A stretch of 63,988 nucleotides of DNA, the filler included, from Octopus bimaculoides (Eukaryota): the NCBI RefSeq assembly GCF_001194135.2. It is 5 parts of 5 records of this genome, joined end to end, with 100 filler letters (N's around TTAATTAATTAA, not from the genome) between each part and the next. Parts side by side here need not be neighbours in the genome. Positions count along the whole stretch, not along the records: positions 17,523 to 40,339 come from NC_068998.1; 4 more parts are not named here. One strand, 5' to 3'. Positions 24,703 to 38,291 of the stretch are shown piece by piece. A program made the translations under genes and the position numbers. The stretch's first letter is position 1. Each line of letters begins with the position of its first letter. A model generated the notes under the pieces. The model was not told the origin of the DNA. It searched no databases and worked only from the letters and a program-made list of their open reading frames with translations.

Positions 24703-25381
24703 CTTCTCTCTCTCTCTCTCTCTCTCTCTATGTATATATATATATATATATATAATGAAATGTTGATTAAGCAGAAATGTTCAGCATTGAATTTTCTTTT
24801 CTATATGCGTTTGTATATGGCAATATGTTCGTGAATATACGCTTTCATATATATCCGTATGTCTGCAGAGCATAATTTGTAGGTGTAATGGAATGTAAGA
24901 GAGTGAGAAAGAGAGAGTGAAGAGAGAGAGAAGGGGGAGGAAGAATAAAGAAGAGACATAATTAGTAAAAGTAGCGGTGATGAGAGAAAAATTACAGTTT
25001 TATGTAACCATATTCTGTATCAGAATTCAGTGGCACAATTCCAAATTAAAATCATAAAATACAATTAACATGTTAAAAGGAATTACCCAAGAATAGAACG
25101 AAAGAAAAATGTTGCAGAAATAAAATCCATTTAATTACTTTTCTGTGAAAAAAAAAATGCCAAAATAATGCATACTGACGTTACAATGAAAGTCACGCAA
25201 TTAAATGTTACGCTCGTGGGAGAAGCGGCATGTCAATTACAGTAATGCTAAAGAAAACAGTGTGTTTCTCTCTGTGTTTGTGTGTGTGGGTGTGCGTGTG
25301 TGTGTATGTGTGTGAGTATGTATGTGTGGGTATATATGCGTATGTATATATACACATATTTATTTGTCTATACACACACAA

Positions 25382-25419
<38 letters not shown>

Positions 25420-25477
25420 TTGCATATATGTCTATAGCTATGTATATATCTATATATATATATATATATAGATATAG

Positions 25478-25527
<50 letters not shown>

Positions 25528-27927
25528 GTGTGTGTGTGTATGTATATATATGTATATAATGGAGATACTGATGTTAGAGAAACAAAATCACACACGCAAA
25601 CATAGCCACAGATATATGACACATTTGAATTGGATGATATATGATGTATTGCTTCCATTCGTTGCACAATTCCCTACATTCGGATAGAGAAAATGTGGAG
25701 GTGACACTCTTAATTTAGAATTTGCGTTTCTTTATTTATATATCTTTTCTACAAGGCAATCAGGAATCCATATAATAAGTAACTGTTAATGGTGAACTGT
25801 ATTTCAAGCCTATGTCATGGATTGAAGCTAGCTGAGATGTTATCATAAATATGATGATCGCATTTATATGAAGAGCAACTCTGTTTGGTTATTCAGGATG
25901 GTGTGATGGAAACGGCTTCAACGTTTTCCTCAACTCGCACTCAAATACCGTATAACTGTCTGGCATATTGTAAAATTAATCGTTGGAACTCCATGTAGTT
26001 GTTGGACTATCTTTAGTCATACGTCCATTTGGCCAAGGTTTCAACAACAAAACCACGGCTGTAGAATTAATAGCAATAACGAGCAACAGCAGCGATTATA
26101 CACAATTCGGTATATAATCACTGCTAATTTCGGACAGTTGCTATAAGTAGGTCTATCCTTGTTTATCACGGGTCTTTTGCTCTCCACGTCCAAATATATA
26201 ATTTAAAATGAATCAGAGATAAATTGATAATTGAGCATATGGGAAAAATTGTCTTCGTTCTGATATCCCCAATTTACTCTGAGCAATGATGGTGACCGCT
26301 AGAGCACGCTTCTGCGGTCCAAACACAATCGACAAGTACCACAGATCAATGTGTATACGATTCATAATGAGCGTACAGTGAAATCGCGGATCAGCGATAG
26401 GTGACTCACTGATACATAAGGGTTAGATAAAGCGCTAACCATGTAATCACACACACTCACGATTCGAGATAAAAATATAGCTTTGCACTTTTGTTAGAAA
26501 TTACTATTATCGTTAACCACCACGGGATTTGAACCTGTAGAGTCCATTACCACAGCGACAGCGCGGGTAGCTGTAGTGCACCACTCTGATTATTCACTGA
26601 GTATGGCGAGAGAGCGGTGATCTTTCAACTGCAACTTAATCATATAAAACTCTTGTTGTTTCTTTCTGTTAACAAACAATACACCAAAACGTAAGCAGTA
26701 TATATATATATATACATATTCATATATGTATATATATATATATATATATATGGAAGTGCGCCTTAGAGGAGGTAATATGTGTTTATTGGGTTTTGTGTGC
26801 GTTTATTATATGTATATATTGGAAGATGGCGTTGATTGTTGGTAGGGCTATGGTTTGGTAGCGCTATTATGGAGTTTGTAACGAGTATAAATAAAAGAAC
26901 GCAGAAACAAAAGGAACTAAAAGAAAAAAACGAACAAAAAGGGTTGAAAAAGAAAAAAAATAAAGGCTTCATAGTCCATAATGCTGTGCTGTGTTTAATT
27001 TACCTTCAATATAGTGAACAGAATAATCATCCAAAATAGATTAGATGTTTCATAAAGCATTCCCTCGACAAAATTATTGGAACACGTAATACATACAAAC
27101 ATAAATAAAGTATATCCCAACTCACCCCTATGCCGCAGTGTGTGAATGTTTGTTTACGTGTGTGTTTGTGTGTGCGAGCGTCTGTGTGTGTATATATATA
27201 TATGCATATATATACATACATATATATTCCTATACATACGTATATGTGTATGTATATGCATACACACACACACATATATATATATAAACCCATAAAAACA
27301 CATACATCTGTTTGTGTGTATTTAAATGTTTATACATACGCAAAATATATACATAACTATATTTGCACTCTCTCTCTCTCTCACACACACATGTTCATAC
27401 AAACACAGAAACAAACACAATCGTATGTATAGTTATGTATTCCATATTATATATATACATAGAAACGTGTGTGTGTGTTTGTGTGCGCTCGAGTGTGTAC
27501 ATGTGCGGCTGTGTCTATTCATGCGCATGTTTGTGTGCGTGAGTGTATGTATGTTTGTGTGCGTGCGTTTCTGTGTACGTGTACAATGAAACAAACAAAC
27601 CATTGTGTAACGGAGAAAGCAATATATTTTGTATCAAGAGCCATTTTCATTTGTCCGCACAGAGAAAGAAATGAAAGTGTTCTGCCAAGTCGTCCAGAGC
27701 TAGATTCATGTGTATTTACGACACTGCTTTAATTACATTTATGCTATAAATCATTTGCCCAGAAATATCTCTCTGTGTGACTCTTGTAAAATGGGGAATA
27801 CTTCACCCGAGAGACAATAGATTGACTTTTCAACATATACATATATACATATACATATATANNNNNNNNNNNNNNNNNNNNNNNNNNNNNNNNNNNNNNN
27901 NNNNNNNNNNNNNNNNNNNNNNNNNNN

Positions 27928-27983
<56 letters not shown>

Positions 27984-28259
27984 CCATGATATTTTCAAAA
28001 TTTCGTCGGCTACATTTCTCTTCTATTGTATTTAAGCAATATATTGTCAACAGAGAGATAGAAATGAAGAAGCGTTTCACCGTGGTTCGAAGTGCTGAAT
28101 ATAGCAGCAAGCATACAGGGAATAATAACATTTATGACAAAAAGAGAACAAGAAGGTATGCAAGTGGAAATAAATTGATGTTAACCGAGGAATTTGATGA
28201 GTATTAACATTTAACTAACAGGTGATCACTGGGAATGAATATGTATATATATATATATA

Positions 28260-28370
28260 CGAGGGGGTGTATGTAAATTTTGAGTCTTGAAGTCTTGTAC
28301 CTTCATCAGAAGCCTTGTATCATGTATTTGTTTTGTTTTTTGCGGTTCAGGACTTTTCATACACCCCTCG
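28260..28370. mobile_element. 111-bp mariner-type MITE, TA TSD
   Basis: TA|CGAGGGGGTGTATGTAAA...TTTTCATACACCCCTCG|TA. Confidence 0.8.
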
Positions 28371-28791
28371 TATATACAGTAGTATCTTGGTTTTCGAACA
28401 ACTCTGATCAGCAAAACGAGCCGATAGAATCAGCCCCAGGCTTAAGAATAGAAGAAGTTCTGGGTTCGATTCATTCAGCTAAAAATTTCTTGAATACTTT
28501 GACCCAGAATGGCCACATTCTAATGATTGGAAATAGGAACATATAAAAGATGAAAGAAACTAAACGTAATACAACACTTTTTGTAATAGATTCGGAAAAT
28601 AGCCATACAGACTTGAACGGTAAGACTACATAGACCTCGCTCGTAATGTCATCGACCGATCTTTAGGAAATTGATTTAAGGACATACCTCACCCTCCTTC
28701 TATATTTCTATATACATTACAAGTTTTTGAACACATCATTATTTGAAACTAACGTTGTTTCAAGTGCGTATTTTAAGTAAACTTATACTGC

Positions 28792-28990
28792 CTGATGGTT
28801 AGCACGCCGGGCAAAATGATTATCGGCAATAGCATTCGTTTTTTTCGTTCTGTGTTTAAATCTCACCGATGTCGAATCTACCGTTCATCCTTTCTGGGTT
28901 GATAAAACAAGAACATGTTGAGTACTGTGGTCGATCTCATTGACTAGGTCCTTCCCTTGAACTTGCTGGCCTTGGGCCAAAATTTGAAAC
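28792..28990 (+). mobile_element. SINE family A
   Basis: gttagcacgccgggcaaaatg...ggtcgatctcattgact...ccaaaatttgaaacc. Confidence 0.8.
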
Positions 28991-30457
28991 CCATGTTATG
29001 TATAAATATGTCTGGTTAACGTTAAGTTCCCTCGTAGATAAGAGGAGCCAATTTTCATAAACGACAGGCTCTTTAAAAAAGTAATTGAAATTATTTTTTA
29101 TTCATATTTAATGGAAAAAAAAAGACTTAAGAAATGGTGTGTTTTAAAATCAGCAATACATTTTTATTCTGTGAAGAGATTAAATCGATTAAGACAGATT
29201 AGTAGAATACACATAGAAAATCCAATCCCAAAATCTAGTAAATCAAATTCTGAGTTTATGGCGATTTTCGAAACTTACTGACACAAACATGAATTCTATC
29301 TAACAATATGAGTATGAATAAGATCTTACTATATTGTATGTATGATAGCATGCATATGTCCTGGTTCTCGTTGTCTATGTTTGTGTGTATATATATCTGT
29401 ATGCAGCAACATGCATGTGTGTGCTCACTTAGAGATAGAGAAAGACAGATCGATAGATATAGACAAAGAGAGAGAAAGAGATAGACAGCCAGCAAGCATC
29501 AGAGTAAAATAAGTTGAGTACAGGAGTGGGAAGATTGAACATCCTCTTCAAGGAAAGAGTAGGCCTCTGATACTTTGTTTTATTTCCCGCGAACAGTGCC
29601 AAAGGGGATGAGGAAACAGTTAGATATGGCTACCAATTGTTCAGTTAAAAACCAGTCGAAAAATATTTCGAGCCAGGTCAGTCTATGTTTTAGTGCCAAT
29701 GTCAGAATAGAGATAACCTTGGCCAATGTGATTAGATTTTTGCAGAATTTGTTATTTTCTAACTTAGATGTAATAAGTAGCCGATAGAAATGAAGTTAAC
29801 AGGTTGAAGTGTTTGGGAAGTCAGACAGAGTCAATGAATGCGACGCGAGGAGTGGTGGACTATGCCACAAATACGTGGGTACATACACAATATACTTACA
29901 AACATGCACACACGTACACGCACACGTGTATATATATATATATATATAGTATGTATGTATGTATGTATATAGTTAATCAAAAAAAGAAGAAAAAACAGGA
30001 AAGAAAAACAACAATGTGAGGACGTGGTACCTGCAAAGTATTAGCAGACGCTCAGGGAAGGAAAGAAAGGTAGTTTTACATTTCGAGCAAACCTCTTTTT
30101 CATGAACAGGGGACAGAGGAGAGTCCAAGAGAAAAGGAAGGCAAAGGAGGGAAAAATTCGCCAACGTTGTAGATATATATATATATATATATNNNNNNNN
30201 NNNNNNNNNNNNNNNNNNNNNNNNNNNNNNNNNNNNNNNNNNNNNNNNNNNNNNNNNNNNNNNNNNNNNNNNNNNNNNNNNNNNNNNNNNNNNNNNNNNN
30301 NNNNNNNNNNNNNNNNNNNNNNNNNNNNNNNNNNNNNNNNNNNNNNNNNNNNNNNNNNNNNNNNNNNNNNNNNNNNNNNNNNNNNNNNNNNNNNNNNNNN
30401 NNNNNNNNNNNNNNNNNNNNNNNNNNNNNNNNNNNNNNNNNNNNNNNNNNNNNNNNN

Positions 30458-30669
30458 TGCAAATCCAATGGGGGTCTTAAAAGACATGTTAGGATCCACA
30501 ATGAGCAGAACTTACTTGCATGTATTGGTAGTGCAAATCAGAGGTGCAATCTGTGTGGGTGTTTTTTCAAAACGCTGTCTGGTTTAAAAAGCCACATCAG
30601 ACGCCATGAAAGGGCTAAGGTGTAGGTGCAGGAGGTGGTCAAACTCTGTTTAAGGAGTAGACAACCACC

Positions 30670-30670
<1 letters not shown>
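30458..30670 (+). mobile_element. LINE 3' end (RTE-like) encoding two C2H2-type zinc fingers, short 3'UTR and (AT)n tail
   Basis: 30458-30625 = CKSNGGLKRHVRIHNEQNLLACIGSANQRCNLCGCFFKTLSGLKSHIRRHERAKV*, then a UTR of about 45 nt and (AT)n. The 5' side is in a gap. Confidence 0.7.
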
Positions 30671-30701
<31 letters not shown>

Positions 30702-30789
30702 ATCAATTTAATTTAAAATTATCTTCAGAATCTTTGTATAACAGATTAACAGAAACCTGACGTAAGATATAAAGACGATTTCATTTTTG

Positions 30790-30870
30790 GTTTTTGTCTA
30801 TAATCGATTTCGACTGTCATCAGCTTGTCAAAAACATGTTTTAAGAGCTGATGACAGTCGAAAGCGCTTA
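30790..30870. ncRNA. Palindromic pair of minimal hammerhead-like cores
   Basis: Perfect 18-bp IR: tttcgactgtcatcagct (30808-30825) / agctgatgacagtcgaaa (30846-30863). Each arm is CTGATGA-CAGTC-GAAA followed by a palindromic 4-mer (TCGA or GCGC) and TT. Confidence 0.45.
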
Positions 30871-30956
30871 GAGACTTCTTCTATCCATCAGGCATGATAA
30901 TCTGCATTTTATTTAAAGATTATTTTAAATAATCTTTTCAGTATTATTAAGCAACA

Positions 30957-31135
30957 AAAGCGGTGAGCTGAGAGAAACGTTAGCACACCGGACAAAATGT
31001 TTAGCAGCATTTCGTCCGACCGTACGTTTTGAGGTCCAACGCTTGTGAGGGTCAATGTTATTTTTCGGGCTTGAGAAAATGCGTACCCTTTGAACACTGA
31101 TATCGATATAATTACCTTAGCCCCCTTCTCTGAAA
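30957..31135 (+). mobile_element. SINE family A
   Basis: gcggtgagctgagagaaacgttagcacaccggacaaaatg. Confidence 0.8.
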
Positions 31136-31293
31136 CTGCTAGCGTTCTTCCTAAAGTTGATAACAACGTCATGAAGTAACATCACACACACACACACACA
31201 TATATATATATAGTGACTGCAACCAACTATTTTCAGTAAATTTGAATGCCCTCACATACTCACACACACACACTTACGCATACACACAAACGC

Positions 31294-31332
<39 letters not shown>

Positions 31333-31496
31333 CGCGTGCGTGCGTGCACAATGGAAACATAATCATAGCCTTGTACAGATAACCAGCATAGCAGAAAAGG
31401 AAAAGGTACTTGTGGGACTTAAACTTTGACCTTTATGTCTTAGGTTATATTATTTGTAATTTCTATAACTTATATCTCTATTGCCTTTTATTTATT

Positions 31497-31898
31497 TTAA
31501 ACATTCGACTGCGGCCATGCTGGGGTAAAGCCTTGAAGCTTCTCAGTGGAACGAATTGACCGCAGTACTTATTCGTTTTTGAAGCCAGGGACTTATTTTC
31601 TTTTGCCGAACCGCTAAGTTACGGGGAAGTAAACACACCGACAAAAGTTGTTATGGTGTGTTGGGGGAAAAAAAACAAACAAACACACACACACATACAG
31701 ACACTCACACACAAACACAAGCACACATATGCATACATGGTATTGGCTTCTTTCCGTTTCCTCCTACCATATCCACTCGCAAGGCTTTGGTCAACCCAAA
31801 GCTATAACAGAAGACACTCGCCCCAAGGTGCCACGGAATGGAACTGAACCCGGAATCATGAGGTTGTGAAGCAAACTTCATAATTCACAGCCACGCCT
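31497..31898 (-). mobile_element. Near full-length SINE family B with an internal (CA)n
   Basis: Same head/core/microsatellite/tail layout as 23057-23440. Confidence 0.85.
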
Positions 31899-32299
31899 CT
31901 GTATCTATATTAAAATTATGTCTTCATGGGGGTTGCAGCTATCGTTAATCTCCAAATGTATGTGGAATTCTGTAACACCAAAATGAATCTTCCACTATAG
32001 TTCACATAACCAGTCTTATTTTTGTGTCGTGTGGTGTATTTTACAAGAATTACAAATTTTGTTTAAATTCCTGTTAAGCAGGAAACAAAACATCGTATTT
32101 TATGGTCAATAAAACAGTGGGAGATACGAATATTACAACCATCACGTTTTTAAAATCCAGTTGCATATATAAATAACATTAGCCATTAATAAATTGTTAA
32201 CGAAATTCATATGCTTTCCTTGATTTGCTCGTTAATTATAAGGTTTTAAAATTTAGCGTTTTTGTTGCATGCTGCATATGCTGGATCATGATCTGGCGA

Positions 32300-32655
32300 A
32301 AAGGCGGCGAGCTGGCAGAAACGTTAGCACGCCGCGCGAAATGCTTAGCGGTATTTCATCTGCCGTTACGTTCTGAGTTCAAATTCCGCCGAGGTCGACT
32401 TTCCCTTTCATCCTTTCGGGGTCGATAAATTAAGTACCAGGTACGCACTGGGGTCGATGTAATTGACTTAATTCCTTTGTCTGTCCTTGTCTGTCCTCTC
32501 TATATTTAGCCCCTTGTGGGCAATAAAGAAACAAGAAACGTTAGCACACCGGATGAAATGCTTAGCGCTATTTCTTCTGTCTTTATGTTTTGAATTCAAA
32601 TTCCGCTGAGGTCGACTTTGCTTTTCCTCCTTTCGGGGTCGATAAATTAAATAAA
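32300..32655 (+). mobile_element. Young SINE family A copy (32300-32530) plus an adjacent partial copy (32534-32655)
   Basis: aaggcggcgagctggcagaaacgttagcacgccgcgcgaaatgcttagcggtatttc...; CpGs are retained. Confidence 0.9.
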
Positions 32656-32664
32656 TTAAGAAAC

Positions 32665-32805
32665 TTGTTGTGAAAGAGTACAGTAGGGTTCGCTACCTCC
32701 CCCTACCAGAACCTCGTGGAGCTTTAGGGTTTTTACTCACAACGCTCGGTCTGGGAATCGAAACCGCGAGTCTGCTGCCTTAACCACTGGGCCGCTGGTC
32801 CTCCA
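32665..32805 (-). mobile_element. tRNA-derived SINE, third family (5' part)
   Basis: Minus strand ggaggaccagcggcccagtggttaagg (A box)...ggtttcgattccca (B box), then a non-tRNA body. Confidence 0.75.
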
Positions 32806-33872
32806 TTGAATAATATAATGCATTATATGTATAGTTATGAACTCTTTGTAGTTTTGAAGAATGATTATAATTGTTGCTTTAAATTTTTTGCATATTTGTA
32901 TATAAATTCGTCTATTTCTTTTGCTAGATCACCAATTGCTGATGGATGTTTGTTTCAATTCACGGAATTATGCTATTCCGTTAGAGGAAGATAAACTAAA
33001 TTCTTTTCTAATTAGGGATTTAACCAATGCTATTATTTCGTGTATGGATATCAATTATCTCTATGAAAGTATATGCATTTATTTCTATCACTACCTTGTA
33101 AACATATAATGTCTATATGTTTATGACCACAATGGAAGTCATATTTGTAAGAGCTCCTTTTGTACTGTTCTGGATGTTGAGGTATATTATAAAGCTGCTT
33201 AAATTCCTAAAATCTTCCTGCATGCCCAGTACGAAGTGTTTATAGCATCTAAAAAATACCTGACACTTTGTTTATATATGATACACACTGTTATTCCATA
33301 GTCAGTACATATAAGACACGACAAATGGGTGACCTAATTGAGAACTATTAATGCTAACATATTTTGTTGATATAATTTACCTTGCTGGCGAAGAAAAAGC
33401 TGTTCTGTTCAAAAGTACCGTAACCTTTTCCTAGTATATTGTCTGGCATTATCGATGATATTATTCTAAGGTGTATATATATTAACTAAGTCGGTTTCTA
33501 ATGTCTCGGCTACTTAAACGTTACATGAGTAGTTGGATCCACGCTAAAAGCATTAACCTCGAATATTACAAATGCATTGACTTAGAAAATGTTATTAAGA
33601 AGGTCTAGAAAGGTTCAACGCAGATTAAGGGGTGCATAATTGTAAACAATTCTCAAACAAATGCCTGAGAATCTGAAGTAAAATTGTTAGAAAAGCAAAG
33701 AATGACAGTAGTATCTGCAATAGCCTAATATATATATATATANNNNNNNNNNNNNNNNNNNNNNNNNNNNNNNNNNNNNNNNNNNNNNNNNNNNNNNNNN
33801 NNNNNNNNNNNNTATACATGTAAAAATGAATACAAATATGTATATATGTATGACATAATCTTTAATATTTGG

Positions 33873-33916
<44 letters not shown>

Positions 33917-34051
33917 TAAACATTTATGTTATGCTGTACTTGAAGTTCAGCTCTTTTATCTCATTGCATATGCGATAAGAATGATAATCTGCATAAACAC
34001 AAGATAATAAATAAATCTCCGAAAAGTACACAAGTATATTTCATTGGTCTA

Positions 34052-34091
<40 letters not shown>

Positions 34092-34436
34092 ACATATGTG
34101 CATGTGTGTGCACGTGTGTGTTTGTGTGTGTATGTGCGTGTGTATGCACATATAATGATAATATAATATACGTCATCTCGATGGTAATTAATTTAAATTT
34201 ACTCGAGTGTTAACAAAGGAAACAAAGAAATAAAAATATCACATTACATCGTATTATACGTAATAATACAACAATATGAGTTGTTATTACATTGAATAAC
34301 ATTTATCAGCACATTTAGTCTGTTTAATTTTTTTATTTTCGAAAAGTCGAAATAAAATTATATTATATACCAATGTATCTCCTGGCTTCCTTCCTTCATT
34401 CTCTATCTCTCACTCTCTCTATCTCTCTCTATACTA

Positions 34437-34474
<38 letters not shown>

Positions 34475-34477
34475 TAC

Positions 34478-34539
<62 letters not shown>

Positions 34540-35771
34540 ATGTATGTATGTATATATACATATATGCATATATATTTTTATACGACAAAGGTTAACAAGG
34601 AGGTCGATATCAACTGGTAAATTATTAATAAATTTCATGCATTTTTCAGGTTTTGCAATAGCTGCTCTATGAAACTATTTAAAGCCAGCTTTACTTGTAA
34701 CAATTATACCACAGTTGATAAATTACGTTTAGCGCGAATTTCTTGTTAGTGTGAAATACTATATATCTTTATCATATTTGCTTATATGACAGACCATGTA
34801 CTTACCTAATTATTTATTAATATTGTTGATTTTATTACAAATATTTCAAGAGCAATATTTTCTGTTTTGCTGTAATTTCCAGCTGAGAAATTTGCATGTT
34901 TACATTTATGGACATGTAAGAAAATACGTCAGAGTTCATGATAACTTAAATCGAATGTTTCCTAAATGTACTCCTTGTTTCGCTACTTACATGAGTGTCT
35001 GTGTGTATGTGTGTATCTCTCTCTCCCACCCTCTCTCTCTCTCTCTCTCTCTNNNNNNNNNNNNNNNNNNNNNNNNNNNNNNNNNNNNNNNNNNNNNNNN
35101 NNNNNNNNNNNNNNNNNNNNNNNNNNNNNNNNNNNNNNNNNNNNNNNNNNNNNNNNNNNNNNNNNNNNNNNNNNNNNNNNNNNNNNNNNNNNNNNNNNNN
35201 NNNNNNNNNNNNNNNNNNNNNNNNNNNNNNNNNNNNNNNNNNNNNNNNNNNNNNNNNNNNNNNNNNNNNNNNNNNNNNNNNNNNNNNNNNNNNNNNNNNN
35301 NNNNNNNNNNNNNNNNNNNNNNNNNNNNNNNNNNNNNNNNNNNNNNNNNNNNNNNNNNNNNNNNNNNNNNNNNNNNNNNNNNNNNNNNNNNNNNNNNNNN
35401 NNNNNNNNNNNNNNNNNNNNNNNNNNNNNNNNNNNNNNNNNNNNNNNNNNNNNNNNNNNNNNNNNNNNNNNNNNNNNNNNNNNNNNNNNNNNNNNNNNNN
35501 NNNNNNNNNNNNNNNNNNNNNNNNNNNNNNNNNNNNNNNNNNNNNNNNNNNNNNNNNNNNNNNNNNNNNNNNNNNNNNNNNNNNNNNNNNNNNNNNNNNN
35601 NNNNNNNNNNNNNNNNNNNNNNNNNNNNNNNNNNNNNNNNNNNNNNNNNNNNNNNNNNNNNNNNNNNNNNNNNNNNNNNNNNNNNNNNNNNNNNNNNNNN
35701 NNNNNNNNNNNNNNNNNNNNNNNNNNNNNNNNNTATATATATATATGCGTGTCTATATGTATATAGACACG

Positions 35772-35809
<38 letters not shown>

Positions 35810-36623
35810 CATAAAGTATGTATATATATATGAAAAGAGATCTCGAAATTAATTTATTTCTTTGTTGAACCCAAAAATTTACCTCGGCCGTTAATTCAGT
35901 CAGAAATGCAGTGAACATCACAACATCTCATGCATATATCTGATGTATAAATCTGAGAGAATTTACATCTAATCAATAGAAATCAATATATAACTGGTTG
36001 AACCATTTGGAGAACGATCGTACAGAAATACCGGTCGTATTGTATTTAGTGGACAAAAAGGGGAGAAACTAGGTGAGAGGGTGGGGATATGTTAAATCGA
36101 CTGCAATCAATGATTGTTAATAAATAATTGTATGAACATTATTAGATCTCGCTTTGTTTGCGTTCGCTAGTTAAGAAGACGCATTTGAATATTCCGGCTT
36201 TATTTGGCTTTATGAATATTACAAAAGTTTTCAGCATATGTCCGTCGTATATATTGAATTAAACAGATGTGTCTCGCACACATAATTGCATATAGGTTTT
36301 GAGATGAATGTGTATGTCTGTAGCAGTATGTGATTGGAGAGAAATAGGAGTAGAGATAATAAATAACGTTGTGAGGACTTATTTGATTATAGTCTATATA
36401 AATGTGATATAACTTATTCATTTTATTTCACACATTTTGCTTTGCTTATTTTCTAGTCTTTCCTTTCCTTTTGAGTTGATTTCTATTCGTTTTGGCTTTT
36501 GGCTTGCTATTCTCCTCTGGTATAGATGAAATGGCCGACTGAATAAGCTAATGGACATTTCAAACATGTCTACTGCTATCACATCCGTTGCTGTCGCTTC
36601 CCCGTTGTTGTAGGCGCTGTTTT

Positions 36624-37266
36624 TGTTGTTGTTGCTGTTGCTGCGGTTGTTATTTAAACCCAGGTTAAAACTAATGGAGCAAACTTATAATGAACAAATT
36701 TCCAGCCGTGTCTATCCCGCCTGTTTATTAATATGAAGAACTTCCATTGACTAATGTTGCCTTCTATTTCTGAGACGGTAGAACATAGTTTGTAACTGTT
36801 ATTTCTTTTTTCTTCACGGTCCTCACCATCGTCATCAACATCATCATGAACGTCAAACCAGTTATATTCTTCTTCTTCTTCTTCTTCTTCTTCTTCTTCT
36901 TCTTCTTCTTCTTCTTCTTCTTCTTCTTCTTCTTCTTCTTCTTCTTCTTCTTCTTCTTCTTCTTCTTCTTCTTCTTCTTCTTCTTCTTCTCCTCCTCCCC
37001 CCTCCTCCTCCTTCTTCTTCTTCTGTTACCGACGTCATCATCCCCGTCATCATCCTTCTTCTCCTCATCATTATCATTGATATCTTTATTTTTGTTGTTG
37101 CTGTTGCTGCGGTTGTTATTTAGACCCAGGTTAAATCTAATGGAGCAAACTTATAATGAACGAATGTCCAGCCGTGACTATCACGCCTGTTTATTAATAT
37201 GAAGAACGACCAATGACTAATGTTGCCTTCTATTTCTGAAACGGTAGAATGTAATTTATAACCGTT
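36624..37266 (+). repeat. Direct duplication of about 175 bp (offset 466 bp) separated by a (TTC)n tract
   Basis: gttgttgctgttgctgcggttgttattt...atggagcaaacttataatgaac...gactaatgttgccttctatttctga occurs near 36624-36800 and 37090-37266. Confidence 0.95.
36867..36990. repeat. Pure (TTC)n of about 41 units
   Basis: Direct reading. Confidence 0.97.
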
Positions 37267-38291
37267 TTTTTTTCGTCTGTCCAATTGAGTGATTAAATTG
37301 AAGCTTTCTCATTTGTCACCCCTTTGCCGTCTTTTTACAGAAATTCTTTGATTCTCCCTGCAACATTTTCATTTGATCTTATTGTTTCTAACAAACGGTA
37401 AACAACCAACACCTTAGCGAATCTTAGTCGGATTTTGTATTTTTACATGTTAGACCAATATAAGAATAGGCAGTGCCGATCATCTTTGTAGAGCCTTGCA
37501 GAATGTCGCTTGTTATCATTAATGTCTCCAAGAATGATAAGGGTCAAGTGAATGCGTCTGTAAAGTTGTTTTATTTTTAAAGTTACTTTGCATTTCCATT
37601 CGTATCTATGATTTACACGCAACTACCACCATTAACACTTCAAACGGTATATCAAGTATATTGACATCATTGAATTATGATATATGTGAGTCCGAAATGT
37701 ATACGATTATTATCCGTTTTAACTAGGATCCGAAAGCTTTTGAATTATTTATACTTTATCGACCCGTAATCGATGCCGTTGTACCGCAGATCTGCCCTGA
37801 TCGATTAGGCTTATGATAAATGCCGTTCTTAAATCGTGTTTTTCAATCATTATTTTTCTCTGACAATATTATCTAACTTCTTCCAGATTTTAAGAGTGTT
37901 TAGTGTAATTTGGATAAGATTTGGCTGTTAATTGCAGCACATCGAATATCAGATATGTATTGGTTCCCTACTGTTTAAAATTTGCGTAGGTAAATACAAT
38001 ATTATTTTGTATCCAATCTATATTTCAATTCAGCAGTTGCTACTGTAGTCAAATTTAACAAACGTGATTTATTTCTCACGTCTATATAAAGATATTTCTC
38101 TCAGGTATAACATCATAATTGGATATGCTAATCACGATAATGCCTCAGCTATAAAATTCGTATTTGATAAATTAATGAAAATATTTGGCGAAGAAATGGC
38201 AGAAGCATTGGAGAAGCAGAATCAGTAATGTGGTGTGGTATTTAGTAACGATTTCAGGCAACGAGTTGTCAGATTCGTTAGAAGACGGAAC

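Noticed and set aside
26510-26600. Minus-strand GGTTCAAATCC B-box as a tRNA gene
   Set aside because: No acceptor or anticodon stems; at most a decayed SINE head.
33130-33430. Phase-compatible pair of minus-strand mini-exons
   Set aside because: Several frames are open, there is no homology, and such pairs are expected by chance in AT-rich DNA.
37447-37557. Minus-strand 111-nt frame containing IILGDINDN (cadherin-like DxNDN)
   Set aside because: It lacks the following P-x-F and all other cadherin motifs; splice sites are only moderate. Probably chance despite the protocadherin expansion in octopus.
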